Assembly (NCBI GenBank): GCA_031389045.1
Contig: JANMSE010000539.1
Location: 1,846-33,845, forward strand
Length of the DNA stretch: 32,000 bases
Reading direction: 5' to 3'
Origin: Deltaproteobacteria bacterium
GTDB lineage: Bacteria > Desulfobacterota > Binatia > Bin18
Shown here piece by piece: positions 1-7,775 of the stretch (its first letter is position 1; each line of letters begins with the position of its first letter). Position numbers and translations under genes: made by a program. The notes under the pieces are model-generated. The model ran no database searches, was not told the origin of the DNA, and was given only the letters and a program-made list of their open reading frames with translations.

Positions 1-2819
1 AGCGCGCCCGGATAGAGGCCAAGGCGCAGGCGTTCGCGTAACCGGCCGTCCAACATGTGGTCCAGAGCGGCTTCCGCGCTCACTACGGTATCACCTTGAT
101 AATGCCCCACCATCACCGCATGGTCAGTAAAACCGAGGTGTCCGTGGACAATGCCCACCTTGACCCGCGGTTGTGGCACCGTTCGCTTGCGACGACGGCG
201 GGTCCCCATCGCGGCGGCGGCAAGCTCCTGCTCATCGGGATAGGCATCCGCCATGTCGCGGGCGAGGACAAGTCGTTCCGTTCCGCGCGTCCCTGCTGGT
301 GGAGTTTGCGGGAGGCGTGTGGTGTGACCAGTCTGCAATAAGTCGAGTAACGCGGGAAATGCCGCCTCGAATGCCGCCAGGTCCCCATGTTCGCAGTCCG
401 CATACCACGCACGGACCCCAGGTGGGATGCCGGTCTCCCACGGGACTCGTCCGTCACCCCGCGCGGTGGCGATGAAACGGAAGCGCTCGCCTTTGTCGGC
501 GCTGGCATCCACTTCCAACGCGACCGGCGTCTGTGGCGCACGGCCCGCGACGTACAGCATGCGCTGGGGATCAATCGGGCTCTGGTCCAATAGCGACCGC
601 GTCGCGAGGGCTGCGTGTAGTCGCGCTTCGTCGGGCAGTACCCACCCTTTGTCATCAGCCTGGGCAAATTGTCGCCAGGTATCAATCTTGAAGAAATCAA
701 AGCCACTCCCCGCGCCCGGCAGCATTTCGAGCACGCCGGAAAACTTACTGATCGTCTTCAACAATTTTTTGGCACTGTTCGTGAGATCAAGAAGCGTGAG
801 TTGCTTGAGGAGCTTATCGTGCCCGAAAAGCGTGCGCGGAATGACAAAACTGCCGCCATTGGGGGTTCCCAACATAAGGAAGCGTCCTCCCGGATGACGA
901 CAGATTCGCGCCCAAACATCCGGGTGATCGCCAATCATGGTGCGCACCACTAACCCCCCCATTGAGTGCGCTAACAGTCGCACCGGCTGTTGACCGCGGT
1001 CCGTCTCATCCAGCTTGATGCGCACTTGGTCCGCGAGCCGTCTGGCTTCATCACGAAGCGAGAGTCGCCAATCGAACGCGAAGGGCACCACCTCGTGCGT
1101 GCGACCGAGAAACTCAATCACGTCTTCGTAATACCCTTCAATGGGACCATCGGGCGTCACCCCGTCGGCACCAATGTGGAGCGCCTCCAACCCGCCAAAC
1201 AGCAAGTTCGGCAAGTTCAGCCATATTCGACTCCCGCTTCGTTTGAGGTGACTGCCCATAATACCGGGGAGCACGAAAACCACTGGCCGTGACCCAGTGG
1301 GTCGTGACCCAGTGGGTCGTGACCTATCACGCGCTTCGCGGGCAATCGGCGGACGTGGTTGGCCCTCAATGGGAGTGAATCCCGTGGGGGGCTTGTCGGT
1401 CCATAGCAAACCATCGCGGACCTTCTCGGCAGTGCGGTCGTTCGCGAAATAGTGAAAGTGGTTGACCTGCTCACCTTGATCGAAAAAGAACCGCCCGCCA
1501 GTTGTTCGCCGTGCCCCACCAATCATCGAGCTGGTATTGACCGCCAAGTCGTGGTCATCTTCATAGAAACGATCCAACACCAGCAGCTTCAGCTTGTCCC
1601 AGATTCCCCCCGCCTCGGTGTCGCCGGAGATCACGCTCAGGTCGGCGTTGACCGTCACGTCGAAGCGATTCAGAGATTTCACCAACGGTGCTGTCGGCAT
1701 CATCGCTTCCAACCCCGGTAACGTGCGCGGGTCGGTATGCTCCTTGACCATCGCGGTAATGAGATCGGTCGCCGCCTGAAAGAAGAGCGAGCCTTGCAAG
1801 CCAGCCAAACTGAGCGTGTTCATAATGACCGACAACCAACGGTCCAAGCGCTCCGAGGCGAGAGTCGAGCCACGTGCTGGACAGGCCACGCGCACGAACC
1901 GCTCAACCCGCGGCTGTTTCTTCTTGAGGAGATTATTCAATGTCGCGAGCGCGGCACGGTCATAGGCGCGGTTCACTTTTACCCCGTCCTCATCTTCGGT
2001 ATTCGCGAATAAGGCGACATCTCTCTCGTCAAACGGGTCCCGACCCGTGGCGACCGCCGCGCGACAGAGCAACTCACCAATCAACCCACCACGCGAATGG
2101 CTCACCAGATGCAAGCGGGCGTTGTCCGGGAGTTGATTGAGCAGGGCAATGGCGTTGTCGATCGGACTCTCCGTGAAGGTCCGATGCTGAAAGGCGTAGA
2201 CATGTTCGGGATACGTGCTGAACAGCGTCGCCCCGATTGTCCTTTGTGGTCCATCCCATAACGCGCCAAAGCTGCCTTCAAATGAAGACGCCGTGCCGTG
2301 GAGAAAAATCAGTAATGGACGGTCGGCTGGAGACGGCACGGTCACGGGTTCGAGCTTCACCGGTGTTGGTTGGAGACAGCGGTACAGGCCGGGGGTCGGA
2401 ACATGCTTCTTGTCCCACGCGCGCGCTAACCCAGCGACGGTCATGCCCGACAGATCAACGTCGAAGACCCGTACTGCCTTGATGGCCCAGCCGACGGGAC
2501 CACGGCTGGGGCCACCAAGTTCAATCTCGGTGGGAAAACTCAGATACTCACCGCCCGCGTCACGCCGCGGTTGCAGGTCAAAGTCCGCCCGGAACTGCCC
2601 CACCGTGGTCCACAGTGTGACTTCACCAGCGAGTTCGACTGCGATCACATCGTCATCAGTGACATGCAGGGAGACGAGTTTACCTTCCGCCGCCCGTGAT
2701 TTTTCGACGCGCACGGCGGCTCGTTGAGTCACTTTGAGTTTCCCATCAAATCGTTCGTGAGTGAGGGCGCTCGGCATGACACCAGTCACATCGTCGCCCG
2801 CGATTTTCATCGTCGGCAT
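1..2819 (-). CDS. Large multidomain protein, C-terminus lies beyond the window: N-terminal region, alpha/beta-hydrolase domain 1, alpha/beta-hydrolase (LCAT/PGAP1-like lipase) domain 2, start of a CHAT-type (caspase-fold) region
   Basis: Manual translation of the minus frame from ATG at 2819 stays open for about 939 codons to position 1. It is absent from the ORF track only because no stop lies in the window, and every listed minus ORF here is in another frame. Motifs: LLIFLHGTASSF...HLVSHSRGGL (hydrolase 1); VVFVLPGIMGSHL...FDWRLS...LLAHSMGGLV (hydrolase 2, GxSxG). It ends with VKVGIVHGHLGFTDHAVMVGHYQGDTVVSAEAALDHMLDGRLRERLRLGLYPG, which resembles the conserved lead-in of CHAT-domain proteins. 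Confidence 0.8.
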   Translation of the reverse strand, partial: MPTMKIAGDDVTGVMPSALTHERFDGKLKVTQRAAVRVEKSRAAEGKLVSLHVTDDDVIAVELAGEVTLWTTVGQFRADFDLQPRRDAGGEYLSFPTEIELGGPSRGPVGWAIKAVRVFDVDLSGMTVAGLARAWDKKHVPTPGLYRCLQPTPVKLEPVTVPSPADRPLLIFLHGTASSFEGSFGALWDGPQRTIGATLFSTYPEHVYAFQHRTFTESPIDNAIALLNQLPDNARLHLVSHSRGGLIGELLCRAAVATGRDPFDERDVALFANTEDEDGVKVNRAYDRAALATLNNLLKKKQPRVERFVRVACPARGSTLASERLDRWLSVIMNTLSLAGLQGSLFFQAATDLITAMVKEHTDPRTLPGLEAMMPTAPLVKSLNRFDVTVNADLSVISGDTEAGGIWDKLKLLVLDRFYEDDHDLAVNTSSMIGGARRTTGGRFFFDQGEQVNHFHYFANDRTAEKVRDGLLWTDKPPTGFTPIEGQPRPPIAREARDRSRPTGSRPTGSRPVVFVLPGIMGSHLKRSGSRIWLNLPNLLFGGLEALHIGADGVTPDGPIEGYYEDVIEFLGRTHEVVPFAFDWRLSLRDEARRLADQVRIKLDETDRGQQPVRLLAHSMGGLVVRTMIGDHPDVWARICRHPGGRFLMLGTPNGGSFVIPRTLFGHDKLLKQLTLLDLTNSAKKLLKTISKFSGVLEMLPGAGSGFDFFKIDTWRQFAQADDKGWVLPDEARLHAALATRSLLDQSPIDPQRMLYVAGRAPQTPVALEVDASADKGERFRFIATARGDGRVPWETGIPPGVRAWYADCEHGDLAAFEAAFPALLDLLQTGHTTRLPQTPPAGTRGTERLVLARDMADAYPDEQELAAAAMGTRRRRKRTVPQPRVKVGIVHGHLGFTDHAVMVGHYQGDTVVSAEAALDHMLDGRLRERLRLGLYPGA
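1289..1324. repeat. 15-bp tandem direct repeat (gtgacccagtgggtc x2.4) inside the large CDS
   Basis: Read directly from the sequence. It is in frame (5 aa) and encodes SRPTG-SRPTG-SRP in the linker between the two hydrolase domains. Confidence 0.9.
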
Positions 2820-2863
2820 GAGTGTTTTTCTCTTCGTGGCGGCGCGAAACCCGCCCGCGCCCA

Positions 2864-3709
2864 TTACGGTTCGGGAGCAAGAAACGGCCGATCAAATTTC
2901 ACCGAGCGACCTTCGAGCTGTGGGACTTGATTGTATCCCTCTTCCTTGAGGCGTTTGATGGTGCCTTGGTGCATCTGGCGATACGAGATCGTGCCACCGG
3001 CGGCCTTGAGGGTCTCGACCACGCAATAGGTGAGCGCGCCGTTGTAGCTCCCACCGATATAGGCATCGGCGGAGGTTTGGGTGTCGCGACAGCCAGTCAC
3101 CAGTAACTCCGGAATATTGGCATCGACGATGTCGGATTTCTTTCGCTTTGCCGTTGCGGAAGCGCGCAGGCTTCCCTTGACTTTCCCACGCAGTTTGCGG
3201 CCAGACTCCGCTTCCATAATATCTAACGGATTCGGCAAGAAACGGGGAATACTGGGGGCGTCTGGGGGCAACAGCACCCGTGTGTTCGATCCAGAGTGAC
3301 AGCAGTCCATGATGACGGTCAGACTCACACCGGCGCGTAAGCGGTTGAAAGTTGTGCGCAACCAATCGTCGAGCAGTGGCTTATGCCAATCGAGATCGGT
3401 CGGGCACAGGATTTCATCGCGTCGGTCGGGCTCGTCGCCATTGACATCAATCACGTTGGCCCCGTGTCCAGAGTAGTGCAGCAGCACCACATCACCGGAG
3501 CGTGCGTCGCGGACCAATTTGCTGATCGCCGCTTTCATCGCTTTGGTGGTCGCGGCGAAATCGGTCATCACCGCAACGTCCTTGCTGGCGAAGCCGTACA
3601 TTTGTGTCAGCACGCCTTTCATATTTTCCACATCGTTGACGCAGCCACGCAGGTCCGCGCCGGGGATTTTGTAGCGGTTAATGCCGATCAACAAGGCTTT
3701 CTTCGCCAT
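2864..3709 (-). CDS. Caspase-family (peptidase C14, metacaspase-like) protein
   Basis: 281-aa ORF. Catalytic dyad contexts HYSGHG (His) and DCCHSGS (Cys), with an N-terminal KALLIGINRY start typical of C14 peptidases. It lies 44 bp upstream of, and co-directional with, the large hydrolase-CHAT ORF. Confidence 0.9.
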   Translation of the reverse strand: MAKKALLIGINRYKIPGADLRGCVNDVENMKGVLTQMYGFASKDVAVMTDFAATTKAMKAAISKLVRDARSGDVVLLHYSGHGANVIDVNGDEPDRRDEILCPTDLDWHKPLLDDWLRTTFNRLRAGVSLTVIMDCCHSGSNTRVLLPPDAPSIPRFLPNPLDIMEAESGRKLRGKVKGSLRASATAKRKKSDIVDANIPELLVTGCRDTQTSADAYIGGSYNGALTYCVVETLKAAGGTISYRQMHQGTIKRLKEEGYNQVPQLEGRSVKFDRPFLAPEP

Positions 3710-3872
3710 GATCGTTGCCCTCCTCTCTGTCAGTTACGGTGCCTTCTACCAAAGTCCGTTTCGCGGTGTCTAGTCAGGCCAACTCCTGGCCCTCCAGCTC
3801 CCTGTTCTCTGGTTTCTCGTTATGCTATGCCCCCGGTGGGAGAAAGCCGTACTCAAAAAGGAGGAAAGAACC

Positions 3873-4175
3873 ATGCCGCTGTATCTGGACGAAATTTGGC
3901 TCAACGAAACCTCGCCGGAAAACACCAAGAAGATTCACCAAATGTTTCAAGGGGTGCTCAGTGGGAAAACCGGATTTCCCGCCGGCGTCACGCTCAAGGC
4001 CGGTCCGTGGGCATCCAACGAAGAGGCGAAGATTATTTTGATTCTCGACATTCAAGACCATTCCAAAACCTTCGTGCCGTTCTCGACAATCCTGGCGAAC
4101 GGCTTGATCTCGAAACGTCGGCTGACCCCGATCGTCGAGTGGAGCGCGATGGACGAGGTGGTGAAGGCGCTCTAA
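3873..4175 (+). CDS. Small hypothetical protein (100 aa), possibly a dimeric alpha/beta-barrel or DUF3303-like fold
   Basis: ATG at 3873 is preceded by aaaaaGGAGGaaagaacc (strong SD). The longer track ORF from 3822 lacks an SD. The family assignment is only a weak impression. Confidence 0.6.
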   Translation: MPLYLDEIWLNETSPENTKKIHQMFQGVLSGKTGFPAGVTLKAGPWASNEEAKIILILDIQDHSKTFVPFSTILANGLISKRRLTPIVEWSAMDEVVKAL

Positions 4176-4178
4176 CCA

Positions 4179-4202
4179 GGGGCTGGGGGTTGGGGGCTGG
4201 GG
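4179..4202 (+). other. Canonical G-quadruplex-forming motif G4-ct-G5-tt-G5-ct-G4
   Basis: ggggctgggggttgggggctgggg begins 4 nt after the stop codon of the 3873..4175 CDS. It has four G-runs of at least 4 with 2-nt loops. Confidence 0.7.
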
Positions 4203-4269
4203 ACTAGGTGAAGAAAAAAAAGAGCAACAAGAAAAGTCGCCCCTAACGCTTCATTTCAACGTCCGTCTT

Positions 4270-4290
4270 GCTAAAAGCTAAAAGCTAAAA
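4270..4290 (+). repeat. Tandem heptamer (gctaaaa)x3 forming the A-rich leader of the LOG gene
   Basis: gctaaaagctaaaagctaaaa is followed by aaa-ATG. No SD-like purine motif precedes the 4294 start. Confidence 0.8.
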
Positions 4291-4293
4291 AAA

Positions 4294-4860
4294 ATGCTTT
4301 CTCCCACTCCCCCACGACCACTCGCACTGACGGTGTACTGCGCCTCCAGTAAACGGGTCGCGCAGCCGTATCTTGATGTGGCGACGGAATTAGGTCGCCT
4401 CATCGCGCAACGCGGTCATACGCTGGTGTATGGCGGTGGCAACATTGGGCTCATGGGAGCTCTCGCCACAGCCGCGCTTACACATAATGGAAAAATACGC
4501 GGTGTGATCCTTGCTGGGTTTGTCGAAAGAGGCTACGCCCAGAGCGGCCATGAGATGCAGTCGGTGGACGATATGCGCTCACGCAAGCGTGGTCTCGACG
4601 AGCTTGGCGATGCGTTTATCGCGCTGCCTGGTGGCTTTGGCACCTTGGAAGAGATTCTGGAAATGATCTCGTTCAAACAGCTTGGCCTCCATCACAAGCC
4701 GATTGTCTTCGTGAATACCAACCACTATTTCGACGGCCTGTTGCAGCAATTTGAACGTGGCTTCACCGAAGCCTTCATTCACGAGCGGTTTCGGGAGTTG
4801 TATACGATAGTGATGACACCGAACGATGCACTGGAAGTAATTGAAGCAACAACACGGTAG
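4294..4860 (+). CDS. LOG family protein (cytokinin riboside 5'-monophosphate phosphoribohydrolase / TIGR00730-type)
   Basis: 188 aa. Motifs: VYCASS, LVYGGGNIGLMG, RKRGLDELGDAFIALPGGFGTLEEI (PGGxGTxxE). Confidence 0.9.
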   Translation: MLSPTPPRPLALTVYCASSKRVAQPYLDVATELGRLIAQRGHTLVYGGGNIGLMGALATAALTHNGKIRGVILAGFVERGYAQSGHEMQSVDDMRSRKRGLDELGDAFIALPGGFGTLEEILEMISFKQLGLHHKPIVFVNTNHYFDGLLQQFERGFTEAFIHERFRELYTIVMTPNDALEVIEATTR

Positions 4861-5279
4861 CGTAATAACTGAAGAGAGCGAAGCATCGCTCATCCTCACG
4901 GATGGTCTTTACCAGCCCCATCCGAGAACCCCCTCCGCGAAGAGACGCACGGCAACGCGTCTCCATCGAATCGCTGCTCCTGGTCTTCCCCTCACATTTC
5001 ATGAAGTCTGGCACGTAGGCACGGCTTCTTGCTAACCAATAGGTCGCTCACCGCGCCATCGCTAGAAGTGTTGAAATCACTGGGCTCTCGATAAGACGGC
5101 CACTGGGGGAGGATCGCCTGACTTGCCGCGAGGTCGGCGATCCATTCTTCTCAAGGAATTGCACGGGGTGTATCGCAAACTCTACTTCGCGGCCTATGCC
5201 TGCATCGTCCCAAGCGCGGTCTTGCTCAGTTTGATGCTTCTGTAGACGCTGCTAAGGGTTTAGATACGCCTGACCCATT

Positions 5280-6290
5280 CTACGCGCGCTCCCGCGCCAG
5301 CGTCCAATGCGCGGTTACCATCGCCGCGATGCCGGCGATCACCGTCGCGGAAATCCCTTTCCACGCGACCATCGCCGGAAACGAAAGGTCGACTATTCCT
5401 AGGACTTTCAGCACAAGAACAACCAGCAACGCGAACCCCAGACTCGCACCCGTGAACCACGCCACCCGTCCAAGACGCGCTGGTGAGGACGCGGCAGCCG
5501 GCGCGCGAATCACTCCGAGTTTGGCATCCACCCACGCATGCGGATGCGCGGACACCGCCATGAAGAAACAGAGCATCAGTCCGGTAATCACCGTATCGAT
5601 GCCTAATGCCGACGCGGGGATCGCGCCATAGCCACCTTCCGGCGTCAAGGGAAAAACCGCGCTCGCGATGATGGCGGTGATCACTCCGTTCCCCACCCCC
5701 CACGGCAATCCGTGTCGCCAGAAGAGATAGGAGAAAAACGACCCTTGCCAGCCGCGTTGCTCCGTCGCGACGTGGATTTCATGCAAGAACGGCCTATGAC
5801 TTGACGTTGCCGCCACTATCCCAGCCAATACCGCCCCAAGTCCGGCTAACACAAACGGCACTGTTTTTCGTTCCACCCCATCGGGAAAGAAGAACAGCAA
5901 AAACCCGAGGGCGACGAGCACCGCTGGTAACCAGAACAACAACAGACGGTTGAAGCCCAGGAACCACGGGTTGTTCGTCTGTTGCGCTTGCCACAAGAGT
6001 GGTGGGGCAGGGGGGTTGTTCAAGGCTGGTGGCACGAAAGCACCAGCCAGATGTTGTTGTAAAATGCCGATCAGTGTGGCCGGAGCACCAAAAAAGAGGA
6101 CCGGCAAGAAACCCACCACAAAGAATCGCCATGTGGTCCAGACCGACAGCGACCCTTCGCCGGGAAGTTGCGCGATGACGATCGCGCCGAAACTCCAATA
6201 GAGAATGAGCCAGACGACACTGACGATAGTGATAAAGATCGGTCGGACTTGGTGAAACTGGGGAAGAGGGCGGGGTGATGCCGAAGCCAT
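5280..6290 (-). CDS. Polytopic integral membrane protein, function unknown
   Basis: 336 aa with about 8 hydrophobic segments. GGAGGA lies 5 nt upstream of the ATG (acggaggaattgcATG). I recognised no family motif. Confidence 0.7.
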   Translation of the reverse strand: MASASPRPLPQFHQVRPIFITIVSVVWLILYWSFGAIVIAQLPGEGSLSVWTTWRFFVVGFLPVLFFGAPATLIGILQQHLAGAFVPPALNNPPAPPLLWQAQQTNNPWFLGFNRLLLFWLPAVLVALGFLLFFFPDGVERKTVPFVLAGLGAVLAGIVAATSSHRPFLHEIHVATEQRGWQGSFFSYLFWRHGLPWGVGNGVITAIIASAVFPLTPEGGYGAIPASALGIDTVITGLMLCFFMAVSAHPHAWVDAKLGVIRAPAAASSPARLGRVAWFTGASLGFALLVVLVLKVLGIVDLSFPAMVAWKGISATVIAGIAAMVTAHWTLARERA

Positions 6291-6419
6291 GCAATTCCTC
6301 CGTAGTGAGTACGTCCGCCCTTATAGGCGGTTTGCCGCGCATTCAGCAAGAGTGATACAACACGTCACGCGTATTTGGATGGAAACAAAGCACGTCGAAC
6401 GGAAAGCACGGTGAGGACA

Positions 6420-6681
6420 ATGGAAAACCCTGACCTGACACTGGAACTCACAGCCGACGAGATGCGGCGCTTGGTCGCGCAGGTAATGGAGCATCTCGTT
6501 GCTCACATCGAGTCATTACCACGGCAACCCGCGGTCGCTCTGGAAGGAGGCGCGCAGGTGGCTCGTCAACGGAAATTTTGTCATCCGTATTTGTGTCTTG
6601 TCGTTTCGCACTCACTGGGATCGGGTGCAAATGTGTCTGGAGGATATTCGCGCGGCGGTGGAGGCACTGTCGCCAGCGTGA
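6420..6681 (+). pseudogene. Relic of a group II PLP-dependent amino-acid decarboxylase; only the N- and C-terminal ends are retained, in different frames
   Basis: After an SD (gtGAGGAcaATG), MENPDLTLELTADEMRRLVAQVMEHLVAHIESLPRQP resembles decarboxylase N-termini. About 40 codons later, in the +1 frame, GNFVIRICVLSFRTHWDRVQMCLEDIRAAVEALSPA* resembles their C-termini. The roughly 380-aa catalytic core is missing. Confidence 0.45.
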
Positions 6682-6804
6682 GTGTCCGCGCGACGGTCGC
6701 CGCGCAATTGACAGGGCCACCGGTGCGTCGTAGTGAGCTGGGACATGAACGGCATCGGCAAGAGCAATCGCGGTAACACCCGCTGACAGAAAGGAGGACA
6801 GACA

Positions 6805-7683
6805 ATGGTTCAAGTGACAGAACTCGGATACCTGGGGGTCGGGGTCAAGAAGCTCGACGAATGGAAGCAGTTCGCGGCCAACATCGTTGGCATGGAAGTG
6901 GTGGACGAAGGCGAACGCGATCGCTGTTACCTGCGCATGGACTACCTGCATCATCGGTTGGTGCTGCATGCGGATAACAGCGATGACTTGCTGTACTTGG
7001 GGTTCCGCGTCGCTGGAGGCGAGGAGTTCCTGGAGATGCAGCACCAACTGTCGGCGGCGGGCATTCACTACCGCGTCGGCTCGGAAGAGGAAGCCAATGA
7101 GCGGCGCGTGCTTGAAGTGCTCAAGCTCAGTGATCCCTCTGGTAATCCCATTGAGATATTCCACGGCCCGGAGACGCAGTTTAACAAGCCCTTCTATCCG
7201 GGACGGCGCATGCACGGGAAATTCAGAACCGGCACCGGTGGCCTGGGGCACTGCATTATTCGCGAGGATGATGTGGCGGCGGCGTATCGGTTTTTCCGCC
7301 AGTTAGGCATGCGCGGTGGGGTCGAGTACAAAATCCGCATGGGCACTCATACGGTCACGCCGACGTTCATGCACTGTAATGATCGTGACCATACCGTGGC
7401 GTTCGGCATCGGCGCGATGAAGCGTCGCCTGAACCACGTGATGGTTGAGGTCGATAACCTGGATGATGTGGGGCTGGCCTACGAGATCGTGCGGGAACAG
7501 AAGATTCCCGTGGCCATCAAGCCGGGGAAACACTCGAACGACCACATGTACTCCTTCTATTTTCATACGCCCTCGGAGTGGCGGATTGAGTACGGGTGGG
7601 GGGGCAGACCGGCGACGTATCAATCGGAATACCACGTGCGCGACATCTACGGGCATGAGCCTGAAGAGGGGGGATTCAATTAG
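6805..7683 (+). CDS. Type I extradiol ring-cleavage dioxygenase (vicinal oxygen chelate family, BphC/HsaC-like)
   Basis: 292 aa with SD aaaGGAGGacagacaATG. Two-module VOC layout (LGYLGVGV...; GLGHCII...; HVMVEV...; GKHSNDHMYSFYF). Confidence 0.9.
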   Translation: MVQVTELGYLGVGVKKLDEWKQFAANIVGMEVVDEGERDRCYLRMDYLHHRLVLHADNSDDLLYLGFRVAGGEEFLEMQHQLSAAGIHYRVGSEEEANERRVLEVLKLSDPSGNPIEIFHGPETQFNKPFYPGRRMHGKFRTGTGGLGHCIIREDDVAAAYRFFRQLGMRGGVEYKIRMGTHTVTPTFMHCNDRDHTVAFGIGAMKRRLNHVMVEVDNLDDVGLAYEIVREQKIPVAIKPGKHSNDHMYSFYFHTPSEWRIEYGWGGRPATYQSEYHVRDIYGHEPEEGGFN

Positions 7684-7723
7684 GAGCGCGCGGGTTCCTT
7701 CAACAGTCCACAAGCGCACGCAG

Positions 7724-7753
7724 TCAGGAACCCCCTTGCTTTGGGGCTCCTGA
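7724..7753. terminator. Hairpin between convergent genes (possible bidirectional terminator)
   Basis: tcaggaacccc / ggggctcctga: 11-bp stem with one mismatch and an 8-nt loop. It lies between the dioxygenase stop (7683) and the PhoX-like stop (7776). There is no clear U-tract. Confidence 0.45.
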
Positions 7754-7775
7754 CCGCGCGACGGAAAGAGGTTGG

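Noticed and set aside
57-2727. About 20 short ORFs on both strands listed in the track (for example 113..706-, 427..897+, 2215..2727+)
   Set aside because: All lie in frames other than the single minus frame that stays open from 2819 to position 1 and translates into recognisable hydrolase motifs. Their products are Arg/Pro/Ser-rich shadow sequences.
3383-4207. 274-aa plus-strand ORF
   Set aside because: It is antisense to the well-supported caspase gene over most of its length and has low-complexity R/G/H-rich composition. Its 3' part merely reads through the G-quadruplex motif.
4861-5279. 420-bp ORF-free spacer with three hairpins (4876..4891, 4942..4963, 5111..5143)
   Set aside because: The stems are short (6-12 bp) and lack U-tracts, and I recognised no motif. 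I cannot tell terminators from chance structure in GC-rich DNA without folding statistics or expression data.
6448-7251. 267-aa minus-strand ORF
   Set aside because: It is antisense to the extradiol dioxygenase gene, which has a strong SD and family motifs. It has no SD and no recognisable motifs of its own.
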